Positions 28,945 through 38,395 of a DNA stretch of 53,184 bases are shown here, one piece after another. The notes beneath the pieces were generated by a model, which saw nothing but the letters and a program-made list of their open reading frames with translations, searched no databases and was not told the DNA's origin. This stretch comes from a virus (Duplodnaviria > Caudoviricetes): positions 1 through 53,184 of the IMG/VR virus record IMGVR_UViG_3300043570_000610, one strand, 5' to 3'. The position numbers and the translations under genes were made by a program. How positions within the stretch are numbered: position 1 is the first letter of the stretch; every line of letters begins with the position of its first letter.

Positions 28945-30558
28945 TTATTTGCTTGGAGCCGGGGTTGGAGCCGGTGAAGGAGGATTAGTTGTTGCTGGCG
29001 CGGCGGCAGGAGCAGCCGATGCTTCTTCGGCTACAAGTTCTTTCAAATAAGAATCCTTAGCAATTTCACAAATCATATTATGTCTCAATTTTGTAATTTG
29101 ATGATGTATCGCAGTTATCATATAATATCCACTTATCCATATATCTTTAACACTGTCCTCATCCGTTTCACCATTTCTGCCAGACCCAACGGAAGGGTAA
29201 TCGAAATCTACGATTGTACCAACTTCCATGTCTGTTCTACCAGGAATAGTAATTTTCATTTTCATGGTAGAAATGTCGGAAAATAGACTATTTCGTTGTT
29301 GAACATATTTTTCAGGATGAAGATTCATCAATTCCGGGTCTGTGCTATCTAGAACACCAGGATGTATAGACTCAATAAAAACTTTACTGTCGGATGAGCG
29401 AATGACTGTAGCCGGAAAAATTGAATTATATTTCTTGCTTTCATCCAGAACTAGACCCGTTTGACCGGGCGCAGATTTATAACTACCTAAATGAGGATAT
29501 TTCTGAAACTCAAACCCGTGATCGTATGACGTTGCCACATATTCTTTCTTGACTACATCTAATGTGAAAAGAGAGCTTGCAAAATGCCCCAAGTCTTGAC
29601 CTTTAAGAACATCAACGTTTGATAGAAACTCTAGATTTTCAACGTGAGAATACGCCAAACGAATTGCATTTTCTCCTAGTTGTTCTGCCTCATATTTCTT
29701 ACGATACTTCAACTTCGACATAATAAAGCCAACTGACATTTGCGATCTAATTAGATCGTTTATAGAACACATGTAAAAACCTTTGGTCGTCTCATAAAAT
29801 AGAAACGTCGGTGCATCTGTAACATTTGTTCCCAATGCTCGTTTTGATAGATAACCCATTATTTGAAATGGTGTCCACATAGGAGGTAATAATGAAACCT
29901 TAGAAGTATGTGGAGTATCGCCGATAGTAAAGTCAGATTTGGGAGCAGTTGCCGCCGTGTTCTTATCGTTCAAGTATCTAGGAATATCCTTGAACGAATC
30001 CTCAAAAACTTTTGCTGCTATTTCATCTGTTGTACCTTCATACTTCTGGCACAAATATGAAATATTATCTACCATACCTTCCATCGAAATGAAGTGCAGA
30101 GAATACAATTGTTCTTTGTCTTCATTTGACAAAAATCTATTCTTGATAGCATATACAGCAAATGATTTTTGTATTTTATTTGTTGGATCGTAAGGCGCCT
30201 GCGCCAACTGAGGAGTAGAAACATCCAGAGTTAATATTTCATCGCCAATTAGAGGAACTTTTTCTATCAGGTTTTGTGTGTCACGAATAATGACATTTCC
30301 ATGTAAGCAGGGAGAGAACATATCTTCATAGATATTGATTTCGACCACGAAGTCTCTAATATCAATAATGCCGCCGTTAGTAACTAGCAACACCTCGTTG
30401 TAAATAACATCGCCTGCTTTTTGCAGAATCGCAGGATTCAGGTCAGCAAAAGCCTTCTCATCGAAATCATCTTCATTCGAAAAAAGATCCGCATCACCTT
30501 CATAATCCGGATCTCCCTTGGGCTTAGATGCACCCAAATAACTAAGAAAGTCTACCAT
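28945..30558 (-). CDS. Baseplate hub/tail protein (gp27-like position)
   Basis: INIYEDMFSPCL.G...I.D, PLIGDE, FLFYET and SGYYMITAIHH; lies between gp53 and gp5. Confidence 0.55.
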   Translation of the reverse strand: MVDFLSYLGASKPKGDPDYEGDADLFSNEDDFDEKAFADLNPAILQKAGDVIYNEVLLVTNGGIIDIRDFVVEINIYEDMFSPCLHGNVIIRDTQNLIEKVPLIGDEILTLDVSTPQLAQAPYDPTNKIQKSFAVYAIKNRFLSNEDKEQLYSLHFISMEGMVDNISYLCQKYEGTTDEIAAKVFEDSFKDIPRYLNDKNTAATAPKSDFTIGDTPHTSKVSLLPPMWTPFQIMGYLSKRALGTNVTDAPTFLFYETTKGFYMCSINDLIRSQMSVGFIMSKLKYRKKYEAEQLGENAIRLAYSHVENLEFLSNVDVLKGQDLGHFASSLFTLDVVKKEYVATSYDHGFEFQKYPHLGSYKSAPGQTGLVLDESKKYNSIFPATVIRSSDSKVFIESIHPGVLDSTDPELMNLHPEKYVQQRNSLFSDISTMKMKITIPGRTDMEVGTIVDFDYPSVGSGRNGETDEDSVKDIWISGYYMITAIHHQITKLRHNMICEIAKDSYLKELVAEEASAAPAAAPATTNPPSPAPTPAPSK

Positions 30559-30562
30559 TATA

Positions 30563-31057
30563 TTACCTTGAAATCAATGTTTGGAATTTGGTTACGAATG
30601 AACTAAGATACTTGGGTTCTAAAATCTGGACTTCTCTCTTAGCATCATTCAGTATTTCTTCATATTCGATATTCGTAACTGCGATTTTATTTTCAGTATA
30701 GCTAGATTGTACCGTGATACCGTCATCGCTTTCATAGTGATGGACATCGTATAGTCCTTCTAGCCCGCCATATTTTAGTTTACTGTATTCAATCAAATCT
30801 GCACCCGACTTAGGCCATTCTTCTCTAATGTCAACGATGTTATTTAAAATCATAATAACCCAGTGATATGTAGGTGAACCATAATATAAGTCACTGACTT
30901 GCTCAACTGTGTATCCTTCAGGAATAGTTACTGTCTCTAATTCGGAATAATGTGTCGCAAACGTATTTGTGTAAACTCGTCTGAAAATATCCGTGACATA
31001 CTTATATTCATTTCCAATTTTAAGCATACCTGATGGAAAATTAGTAAAATATGTCAT
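30563..31057 (-). CDS. gp53: Baseplate wedge protein gp53
   Basis: YFTNFP, LYYGSPTYHWVIMILNNI...EWP, VHHYE and EYEE..ND.KR. Confidence 0.85.
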   Translation of the reverse strand: MTYFTNFPSGMLKIGNEYKYVTDIFRRVYTNTFATHYSELETVTIPEGYTVEQVSDLYYGSPTYHWVIMILNNIVDIREEWPKSGADLIEYSKLKYGGLEGLYDVHHYESDDGITVQSSYTENKIAVTNIEYEEILNDAKREVQILEPKYLSSFVTKFQTLISR

Positions 31058-31059
31058 GA

Positions 31060-32250
31060 TTAATATCCCAGCTTTGAACGTTTGTTTGTGAGAGTTTCGA
31101 GTTCGGTAAATTCAAGTCTAATAGTAGCTTCTGTTGGCATACCGCTAGTTCCTTGAAAAGTGGTGAACCCATCTGCACCATAATCGATATTCATTCCTGT
31201 CAGGGCACAATTTGATATTCTTCTGACCCAGGTGTTTTCTGCGCCAGACTTATGGTAAATTACAATTAAAAACTCGGAAGGATAAATCAGAAATACGCCA
31301 GCATTACTAGGTTCTGGATGCATATGTTCAAGAAATGTCCCAATAATACCACCGACGCCACCCCTGGCCTCCGATTTACCAAAAACTGTTAATCCTTCTT
31401 CATATGTTCTGGGTGCAAATTTATATTCAAAACCAAATTTTCTGAATCCCATATTTTTAAACAACTGCTCTTTATACGGGTTCTCTACTGTTTTTGATGT
31501 AGCTTCTTTTAAGTTTGTAACCTGATTTCCGCCAATTGCACCTGCAAGACTTGCTAATTTTCTGGCTGCTAATGCACCAACATCGGTACCGACATCTCCT
31601 AGTGAGGCTTCTCCACTAAAGTTGCCCGTTGCCGCGGCGCCGACAAAACCTCCTATATCGGCAACATCATAGTTTGCCGAATAACCGTAGCTAAGTTTAT
31701 CTTGAATGCCTAAAACAATTGCTTTAGAACCCATAATCAATCTTCTTGCGCCTATACCATTAAGAGCCGCACCAGCTGCCACCCCGGCAGCTATACCCAG
31801 TGCCGCTGTGACACCTGCTGTTCCAACGGCACCAGATTTGAAGAAGTTTGATAAACCACCTTTAGCGCCCATAATACTCTTCAATCCTGCAAGACCAGCA
31901 GTACCTAATGTTTCGGCAGCAAGTTTTCCACCTAGTGCAGCACCAGCGGCTGTTGCATGTTCTGCATCAACTCTTTGTTGGCCTGAAGTTTCAAAAATAG
32001 TACCTCTATTACCAAGTGCAGTTGCCGCGCTGGTACCTTCTCTAACAAGAGGATAAAAAGCTATCCAATGTGTGTGTTCACTTTGGTCGTTAACAGTAGC
32101 TAAACTTTCCGGATATGTAAATGTCTTGGACGCTTTACTTGCTTTACTAAATGGATCGACCATACCCTTTTGGTCTCTATTAAATCTTCCTGGAGTAGGA
32201 GAAGAAGAGGACTGCTTTGGGCTTGCCGGCTCTCTTTTTTGTTCTGCCAT
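31060..32250 (-). CDS. gp48: Baseplate tail-tube cap gp48
   Basis: NPYKEQLF...FRKF.F.YKFAPR, YPSEF.I, CALTGMNIDY and L.FTELE.LT. Confidence 0.8.
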   Translation of the reverse strand: MAEQKREPASPKQSSSSPTPGRFNRDQKGMVDPFSKASKASKTFTYPESLATVNDQSEHTHWIAFYPLVREGTSAATALGNRGTIFETSGQQRVDAEHATAAGAALGGKLAAETLGTAGLAGLKSIMGAKGGLSNFFKSGAVGTAGVTAALGIAAGVAAGAALNGIGARRLIMGSKAIVLGIQDKLSYGYSANYDVADIGGFVGAAATGNFSGEASLGDVGTDVGALAARKLASLAGAIGGNQVTNLKEATSKTVENPYKEQLFKNMGFRKFGFEYKFAPRTYEEGLTVFGKSEARGGVGGIIGTFLEHMHPEPSNAGVFLIYPSEFLIVIYHKSGAENTWVRRISNCALTGMNIDYGADGFTTFQGTSGMPTEATIRLEFTELETLTNKRSKLGY

Positions 32251-32254
32251 TTCT

Positions 32255-32292
32255 AATAAATATCCTATTGGGGTTAGTTTGGACTATTTATA
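32255..32292. promoter_or_regulatory. Overlapping late promoters between the divergent gp48 and gp4 genes
   Basis: AATAAATA on + at 32255-32262 (toward gp4) and TATAAATA on - at 32285-32292 (toward gp48). Confidence 0.6.
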
Positions 32293-32747
32293 TGGCATAC
32301 ACGAAGGAGACTATGAAAGGTCTCTACAAAATACAATATCCTAAGAAGTATTTAGGTGATCCTAGTAGAATTATATATCGTTCTAGCTGGGAACTAAAGT
32401 TCATGAAATGGTGCGATAGTAATCCCAACATATTAGAATGGGGTTCAGAAGAACTTGCTATTCCTTATTTGTCGCCAAAAGACAATAGGGTTCATCGTTA
32501 CTTCGTGGATTTCTACATTAAGGTAAAAGAAAACTCAGGTGATGTTAAGAAATACTTAATAGAAATCAAACCTGCAAAGTTCGTTAGAGAACCAAAAATT
32601 CCAAAAAGAAAAACTAAACAATTTCTTAATGAGGTTATTACTTGGGGAGTAAATCAAGCCAAATGGAAATATGCAACTGAATTTTGTAAAGATAATGGAT
32701 GGGAATTTCTTATATTAACCGAGAAAGAACTTGGAATTAAAGCATAA
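32292..32747 (+). CDS. gp4: Head completion nuclease gp4
   Basis: KYLGDP..IIYRSSWE, WGSEE..IPY, HRYFVDF, IEIKP and NQAKW..A; start moved to ATG 32292. Confidence 0.9.
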   Translation: MAYTKETMKGLYKIQYPKKYLGDPSRIIYRSSWELKFMKWCDSNPNILEWGSEELAIPYLSPKDNRVHRYFVDFYIKVKENSGDVKKYLIEIKPAKFVREPKIPKRKTKQFLNEVITWGVNQAKWKYATEFCKDNGWEFLILTEKELGIKA

Positions 32748-32750
32748 ATA
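32743..32750 (+). promoter_or_regulatory. Late promoter CATAAATA
   Basis: Near-consensus, upstream of SD AAGGAG and the small basic ORF. Confidence 0.5.
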
Positions 32751-32767
32751 TAGACTAAGGAGATTAA

Positions 32768-32893
32768 ATGATGGCTAAAGCAGCAGGAAATTCAAAGACA
32801 GTATTTGCGCCTCGCCGCAAGGGTGTGAAACTAAGCACGATGAACAAGCATAAGCGCCGCAATTTTAAAAAGTATAGAGGTCAGGGCCGTTAA
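32768..32893 (+). CDS. Small basic protein (41 aa, ends KKYRGQGR)
   Basis: Not in the ORF track. MMAKAAGNSKTVFAPRRKGVKLSTMNKHKRRNFKKYRGQGR; strong SD; its TAA overlaps the gp2 ATG. Confidence 0.7.
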   Translation: MMAKAAGNSKTVFAPRRKGVKLSTMNKHKRRNFKKYRGQGR

Positions 32894-33471
32894 TGCCATC
32901 AAATAACGCCTTTCAGAAACTTCGTGCGCAAGTAGGAGATGGACAGAAGTCCATTGACTGGTATATGCGCAATGTCAGAGGCTTAGTTGGTGCAAGAGTT
33001 TCTGGAAACACAGTGATGCAATCTGATATCGGCAGTCTTACTAGTAAAGTAGAGATTGGCGCGATGTATATGTATTTCTATGATCCAAAGTTAAAAGCCC
33101 AACTTCCTTTCTATGATACCTTTCCCTTGGTATTGCCGTTCGGTCCAGCTAAAGGCGGCTTCTATGGTATTAACGTTCACTATTTGCCTTACCTGTTAAG
33201 AGCAAAAGTTTTGGGTGAATTGATGAACTTTGCGGATTCCAAGACGCTTACCCCAACCAGCAAAATGCGCTTGTCATATAATCTTTTAAATAGTCTACAA
33301 ACAGCAGCCGAAATTAAACCTTGCATCAAACATTATTTGACCACGCATGTAAGGTCGCAATTCATGAAAATTAATCCTGCCGATTGGAAGGCAGCGATAT
33401 TCTTACCAGTTGAAGCGTTTGTTGGTGCAACTAAAGAATCCGTTTTCAGAGATACTAGGAGCAAGATTTAA
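32893..33471 (+). CDS. gp2: DNA end protector protein gp2
   Basis: MYMYFYDPK.K..LPFYD.FPLV, GINVHYL, KPCIKHYL..HVRS and W..AIFLP. Confidence 0.85.
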   Translation: MPSNNAFQKLRAQVGDGQKSIDWYMRNVRGLVGARVSGNTVMQSDIGSLTSKVEIGAMYMYFYDPKLKAQLPFYDTFPLVLPFGPAKGGFYGINVHYLPYLLRAKVLGELMNFADSKTLTPTSKMRLSYNLLNSLQTAAEIKPCIKHYLTTHVRSQFMKINPADWKAAIFLPVEAFVGATKESVFRDTRSKI

Positions 33472-34067
33472 TGGAGCAAGCACACAATAGCTTGGCAAAT
33501 TTCCGCGCGGAGACGAGAAAAAGAGATTTTGCTCGTTCGCATAGATTTGAGGTACAAATAATTCCTCCGCAAAATTTAATGGGCGACGATGGTAAAAGAG
33601 TGCCAGGCGGACAAAGAATGGCCACACACTTAACATCTGCCGGTCGTTCAGCCAATCATCTGTCTCTATTTGTAGAAGATGCTATGATTCCAGGGATACT
33701 CCTTGGAACTAGACCAGTTAGAATCAACAATTTAAATGAACAACGTGCCAGCGCCATTGATTTTGGTGGGGACTCAATTACCTTTACGTTTTTAGTTGAT
33801 GCGACATGGGCAGCAAAAGACTTTTTCGGAGATTGGATGCGCGGAATTATCAATAAGAGAACCCGTGAAATTGCTTTCCCGAACAAATATTATGGAGGCA
33901 TGATAGTAACTGCCTTGAATAATAAAGATGAAGTCGTTGCCAAATGGGAAATAGAAGATGTATTTCCAAGATCGATTGCACCCATTCAAATGTCTAATAG
34001 TAACACACAGCCTATTAGATTACCAGTGACATTTACATATAAAAGATGGTTTGTAATACCAGTTTAA
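33471..34067 (+). CDS. gp54: Tail tube-like/baseplate tube initiator (gp54/gp19 family)
   Basis: AR..RFEV.I, FGDWM..I, DVFP.SI....M and VTFTY. Confidence 0.65.
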   Translation: MEQAHNSLANFRAETRKRDFARSHRFEVQIIPPQNLMGDDGKRVPGGQRMATHLTSAGRSANHLSLFVEDAMIPGILLGTRPVRINNLNEQRASAIDFGGDSITFTFLVDATWAAKDFFGDWMRGIINKRTREIAFPNKYYGGMIVTALNNKDEVVAKWEIEDVFPRSIAPIQMSNSNTQPIRLPVTFTYKRWFVIPV

Positions 34068-34085
34068 TTAATGAAGGACTAAATT

Positions 34086-34772
34086 ATGCCGTTGCCAACT
34101 ATGACTACTCCGACTTTCAGAGTAAAGTTGCATTCTTTATCAAATGAAATTGAGTTTCGCCCCTTTCTCGTAAAAGAGGAAAAGATACTTATCTTGGCTC
34201 AAGAATCCAACGAGCCAAAAGAGATGATAAAGGCTATGCAAGATATTGTTACATCTTGCTCTAATGGAAATGTGCAGGGCAGAGACTTGCCGTTTTTTGA
34301 TCTACAGTATGCATTTATTCAATTACGCTCCCAGTCTATTGGCAGTGTCACTGATTTCGTTTTGATTTGCGGTGAATGTGGACACAAGACTGAGACTACA
34401 TTAGATTTGAATTCGTTGACAATCGATTTTCCCGAAAATCATACGAATAAGATAATGCTATCAGATGCCGTTGGCGTGATTATGAAATATCCAAAGGCAG
34501 AAATTTTGGTCGATGATGAAACTCCGGCATTCGATCTTGTCGTAGCGTGTATAGATAAAATCTTCGACCAAGACGAAATCTACAACGCAGAGGATGAAGG
34601 TCCAGAAGAAGTAGAAAAGTTTATTAACAGTCTTTCGACACAGCAGTTTGAAAAGATAGTAGAATTTTTCCAGACTTCACCAAGACTTGAAAAGACAATT
34701 GATTATACATGTGTTAAATGCGAAACAGAAAATACGGTATTAATAGACGGTGTAGAAAATTTTTTCGAATAA
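34086..34772 (+). CDS. gp26: Baseplate hub assembly protein gp26-like
   Basis: MPLP, FRPFLVKEEKILILA, LRSQSIG, CxxC pairs, MKYP and GVENFF. Confidence 0.8.
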   Translation: MPLPTMTTPTFRVKLHSLSNEIEFRPFLVKEEKILILAQESNEPKEMIKAMQDIVTSCSNGNVQGRDLPFFDLQYAFIQLRSQSIGSVTDFVLICGECGHKTETTLDLNSLTIDFPENHTNKIMLSDAVGVIMKYPKAEILVDDETPAFDLVVACIDKIFDQDEIYNAEDEGPEEVEKFINSLSTQQFEKIVEFFQTSPRLEKTIDYTCVKCETENTVLIDGVENFFE

Positions 34773-34948
34773 CCCTTTCTCATGATAATTTGATGAATCA
34801 TTATAAGACAAACTTTATTTTAATGCAAGAACACAAATACAGTCTGTCAGAACTTGAAAATATGATGCCATGGGAAAGGGAAGTTTACATTGGATTGTTG
34901 ATGACTCACTTGAAGAAAAAAGCAGAACAGAACCAACAGGATTATTAA
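34760..34948 (+). CDS. gp51: gp51-like hub assembly ORF; probably expressed as the -1 frameshift extension of gp26 (alternative start ATG 34793)
   Basis: YKTNFILMQEHKYSLSELENMMPWEREVY motif; frame is -1 to gp26 across the slippery AAATTTTTTC. Confidence 0.65.
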   Translation, partial: FFRITLSHDNLMNHYKTNFILMQEHKYSLSELENMMPWEREVYIGLLMTHLKKKAEQNQQDY

Positions 34949-34951
34949 GAA

Positions 34952-37237
34952 ATGGCCAGTAACTTACAAGGACTATCAGATAGACTACAGACTGCCCCCA
35001 ATAATGGGCCAGATCCTGTTGTCGACCGTCTGGATGAGGTTATAGGTCAAGCAAAAGACATCAAAAAATTATTGAGTTCGTCTGGTTCCGGTGCGGGGAA
35101 AGAAACTCAGTTAGAAAAGATTAAGGAAACTACAAATCCTTTGTCAGTGACTACCGTTGATGGCGAAAAAGCGGCCAAGATTTTGTCCGCTGCCACAGAA
35201 AACATAAGCAAAGACTTAGAGCAGTATACAGACGAAGAGCGTAAAATGCTGACCGAACTTGTCAAAGAAATTGGCAAGTTGACCGAAAAGAACTTAGAAG
35301 GATTCAATAAAGGTATCAAAGAGGTGCTTGCTCTAGCTAAAAAGGGGCAAGCCGTTGCACAGGCTTCAGGTAATACAGACGCCGCAACTAGATTTGCGAA
35401 TGCCGGAAAGGCAGCTAAAGAGCAATATTTTCAAGCGAATGATATGGGTCTTAAAGGAAAAGAAGACACATTTAGAAATCGCTTGAAGCGTGCCGTTAGT
35501 GGCAAAGACACAACAACGGGTACTGCAATTCCAAAAGGATTTGTAAAAACTCAACTTGAAGGCGCAAAAAGAGTCTTCACCGGAAAGCCGGGCGATCTCA
35601 GATATGACCTTTTCACTTCCGATAAAAAGAAGAGAACCGAAGCTAGAGACAGTATGGGCGTGGCCCAAGAAGCGGAAAAATTAACTGATCTGACTACAGA
35701 ACAGAAGAAACTACTGGCCGATAGAGGAATAGCGCCTGCTTCTGAAAAAGATATATCATATCGTAGAGAGGGGAAACCGGTATCAAAAGATACTATCAAT
35801 CAAGAACTTCAAAAAGATTATGATGAGAAAAAGGGCGCATCGGTTATTCTACCTGATAAGCCAACCACAGGAGCAGTAGCGGCTGGTATAGAATCTAATG
35901 TAGCACAGCCAACTAGCGAACTGCAAGAAGATGCGGCTGGAATGTCAGAGAGCCCGGTTGTAGATGCTATCCAAGAAAATACGAAAAAGCTAGACGAAAT
36001 ATCTGATACATTCAAAGAAGCAAATGAATTATTCTCTGCAATAAAAGACACAATAGAAAAGATTGCTCAATCGCTTGAGAGTTCTGGTGGTTCAGACGGA
36101 TCAGGTGGCGGTGGTGGGGGAATCGATATCGATTTGCCTAGTCGCAGAAATCGTGGCGGAAATATTCCTGGTGCGCCGGATGGAAGCAAGCAGTCAAAAT
36201 CAGAAAGAGCTAGAAGTCAACCGAGAGACGCCAAGGGTAGATTTGTCAAGAAAACCCCCGATGTTCCAGCTGGTAGAAAATTCGGTAAAGGAAAAGGTAT
36301 ACTTGGCGCCCTAGCCGTTGGCGCCGGTGCTATCGGCATGGGTTCAATGATTGCTGGTAACGATAATGATGGCGGTGAAAACTTAGCTGGAAATAATGCC
36401 ACAAACATGGCAGCGAACACCGCAATGACGGCGGCCGAACTTGCACCCACAGCAAAGACGGCTGAAAAGGGTGCGGTTAAAGCAGGCGAGAAAGTTGCTG
36501 CTAAGGGTGCAGCGAAAGTAGGTACAAAAGCTGCCTCCAAGGGAGTAGCAAAAGTTGGTGCAAAAGCACTTGGCAAATCACTACTAAAGAAAATACCAGG
36601 AGTGGGTCTAATAGCCGGTGGAGTATTTGCTGCTCAAAGAGCTATGTCAGGCGACTTCGCCGGTGCAGGACTAGAGTTAGCATCTGGAGCAGCCGGAACT
36701 ATTCCTGGTGTGGGAACAGCCGCCTCTGTTGGATTAGATGCTGCACTGGCTGCTAGAGATATGGGAGCACTGGGCGGTACACCAGAAACACGTGCCGCAG
36801 AAGCCGCACAAAGTGGGCAAGCACCAAAGGCGGCAACACAACCAAAACAAACAGCTAAAGTCCAGGGTAAGCCAGGCGGTGGCATATTCAGTAAAGCAGC
36901 TGGATTTATGAAAAGAAATCCACTAATGACTGCGGCTGGTTTAGGTGGAGTCGGCCTTGCCGCTGTTGGTGCAAAGAAGGCTTACGATTACATGAGCGGT
37001 GGCGGAGAAGAAGCTAAAGTTCAATCAGGACAAAATCCTGATAGCGGCATCTTAGAAAAGGGTTCAGAACAAGCTAAAGACCAGATGAAAGTGAATGTTC
37101 CTCCTCCAACAATCATCAATCAAGGTGGCGGAGGGGGCGGTGCATCCGAAAGCTCCTCTGTACCAAATACTAAAACTTATGTTAGAGATGATGAGAGTAG
37201 TTGGATGAGATTTGCTCTAAAACGAGCAATGGCATAA
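34952..37237 (+). CDS. Tape measure/baseplate hub protein (gp29-like)
   Basis: 761 aa, helical Ala/Gly/Lys-rich, with hydrophobic glycine-rich segments (KKIPGVGLIAGG...); follows gp26/gp51. Confidence 0.6.
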   Translation: MASNLQGLSDRLQTAPNNGPDPVVDRLDEVIGQAKDIKKLLSSSGSGAGKETQLEKIKETTNPLSVTTVDGEKAAKILSAATENISKDLEQYTDEERKMLTELVKEIGKLTEKNLEGFNKGIKEVLALAKKGQAVAQASGNTDAATRFANAGKAAKEQYFQANDMGLKGKEDTFRNRLKRAVSGKDTTTGTAIPKGFVKTQLEGAKRVFTGKPGDLRYDLFTSDKKKRTEARDSMGVAQEAEKLTDLTTEQKKLLADRGIAPASEKDISYRREGKPVSKDTINQELQKDYDEKKGASVILPDKPTTGAVAAGIESNVAQPTSELQEDAAGMSESPVVDAIQENTKKLDEISDTFKEANELFSAIKDTIEKIAQSLESSGGSDGSGGGGGGIDIDLPSRRNRGGNIPGAPDGSKQSKSERARSQPRDAKGRFVKKTPDVPAGRKFGKGKGILGALAVGAGAIGMGSMIAGNDNDGGENLAGNNATNMAANTAMTAAELAPTAKTAEKGAVKAGEKVAAKGAAKVGTKAASKGVAKVGAKALGKSLLKKIPGVGLIAGGVFAAQRAMSGDFAGAGLELASGAAGTIPGVGTAASVGLDAALAARDMGALGGTPETRAAEAAQSGQAPKAATQPKQTAKVQGKPGGGIFSKAAGFMKRNPLMTAAGLGGVGLAAVGAKKAYDYMSGGGEEAKVQSGQNPDSGILEKGSEQAKDQMKVNVPPPTIINQGGGGGGASESSSVPNTKTYVRDDESSWMRFALKRAMA

Positions 37238-37238
37238 A

Positions 37239-37263
37239 AAAGGGGCGCTTAGAGCGCCCCTTT
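37239..37263. terminator. Bidirectional rho-independent terminator
   Basis: AAAGGGGCGCT-TAG-AGCGCCCCTTT between the convergent tape measure and gp32 genes. Confidence 0.85.
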
Positions 37264-37268
37264 CTCTT

Positions 37269-38186
37269 TTAGTCGTCCGCAAGACTTGCGAAGTAACTCA
37301 TATTATCATCACTCTTTTCATCATTCCAAGGCGGAGTTTCTTCGGTTGCCTTAGCAGCCGTCTTCATCTTGGTTTCAACGAAGAGTTCATCTTCTGCATC
37401 AAGCGGATTTACCTTCTCTGCGGTGGGCACACGGGTACCACTACCTAGAACAGTATTCAGCTTGGCTTTGAGTTCGTCATAAGACTTGAAGTTCGAAGGA
37501 TCGAGAAAGGCAGCAAGTGAATGCGTCTGCTTCCAGACTGCTTCCAGCTTATCCTCATTTTCATCAAGTGGCGTATTACCATCAAATTCTGACTTATCGT
37601 AGTTACGATAGCCTTCTACCTGACGAATACGGAGCTTGAAGTTAGCGCCTTCCCAAAGATCAAACGGATTAACCGGCTTTTCATCTTCAAAGGTAGGCTG
37701 CATTACGTCCTTGATCTTGTCAAAAATCTTCTTACCAAACTTATAGAGAAAGACCTTACCCTCGTTTTCAGGATTAGCGGGATCCTTGATCACAAGAACG
37801 TTAGAGATATACGACAAGCGGCGCTTCTGCTTACGAGCGATTTCCTTGTTGGCTTCGACACCCGAATTCCAGAGTTCTGAATTGAGTTCGCCAAGAGGGT
37901 CTGGCTTGTTAATAGTGGTCAACGAATTTTCGATATACCACTTACCAGTCGGGCCCTGGAAGCCGTGATCATACACACGAACCCAAGGAAGTTCTTCGCC
38001 TGGAGGAGCAGGAAGAAAACGAAGAACAGCCTGACCATTGCCAGCCTTATCTACAGAAGGCTTCCAGAGGCGATCATCGTCGCCGCGCTTTTCGTTTGTG
38101 GGATTTGCAATCTTTTCGACTTCTTTCATAAGTGAGTCGAAGTTGCCACGGTTCTTACGGAGTTCCGAGAGAGAATTAAAAGACAT
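37269..38186 (-). CDS. gp32: Single-stranded DNA-binding protein gp32
   Basis: DKAGNGQAVLRFLP, HGFQGPTGKWYIENSLTT, GKVFLYKFGKKIFDKI, NYDKSEF and an acidic tail. Confidence 0.95.
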   Translation of the reverse strand: MSFNSLSELRKNRGNFDSLMKEVEKIANPTNEKRGDDDRLWKPSVDKAGNGQAVLRFLPAPPGEELPWVRVYDHGFQGPTGKWYIENSLTTINKPDPLGELNSELWNSGVEANKEIARKQKRRLSYISNVLVIKDPANPENEGKVFLYKFGKKIFDKIKDVMQPTFEDEKPVNPFDLWEGANFKLRIRQVEGYRNYDKSEFDGNTPLDENEDKLEAVWKQTHSLAAFLDPSNFKSYDELKAKLNTVLGSGTRVPTAEKVNPLDAEDELFVETKMKTAAKATEETPPWNDEKSDDNMSYFASLADD

Positions 38187-38198
38187 ATTTGTATTCCT

Positions 38199-38242
38199 TA
38201 TTTTGCGCTGTATTGCGTTGTATTGCGTTAATATTTGCGTTG
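38199..38242 (-). repeat. Four short direct repeats in the gp32 leader
   Basis: CAACGCAAATAT / TAACGCAATA / CAACGCAATA / CAGCGCAAAATA directly before the SD AGGA. Confidence 0.7.
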
Positions 38243-38395
38243 TGTATCATAATCATCGTAGTCGTCAAAATCTTCTTCTTGACTACCAGAGTATTTATAC
38301 GGGTTTTTGCGGTGCTTGTTGGATTTGTCCACACCTTTACGAACTTCTTTGACACGAGGTTCGTAATCGAAGTCTCTACGCTTAGAATGACTCAT
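38228..38395 (-). CDS. Small hypothetical protein (55 aa, basic N-terminus, acidic C-terminus)
   Basis: Not in the ORF track. MSHSKRRDFDYEPRVKEVRKGVDKSNKHRKNPYKYSGSQEEDFDDYDDYDTQRKY; ATG directly follows the gp59 stop. Confidence 0.6.
   Translation of the reverse strand: MSHSKRRDFDYEPRVKEVRKGVDKSNKHRKNPYKYSGSQEEDFDDYDDYDTQRKY
38292..38299 (-). promoter_or_regulatory. Late promoter TATAAATA upstream of gp32
   Basis: Exact consensus about 105 nt upstream of the gp32 ATG. Confidence 0.55.

Noticed and set aside
32217-32291. Hydrophobic N-terminal extension of gp4 in the ORF track
   Set aside because: Overlaps gp48 and the promoters; the gp4-like sequence starts at ATG 32292.
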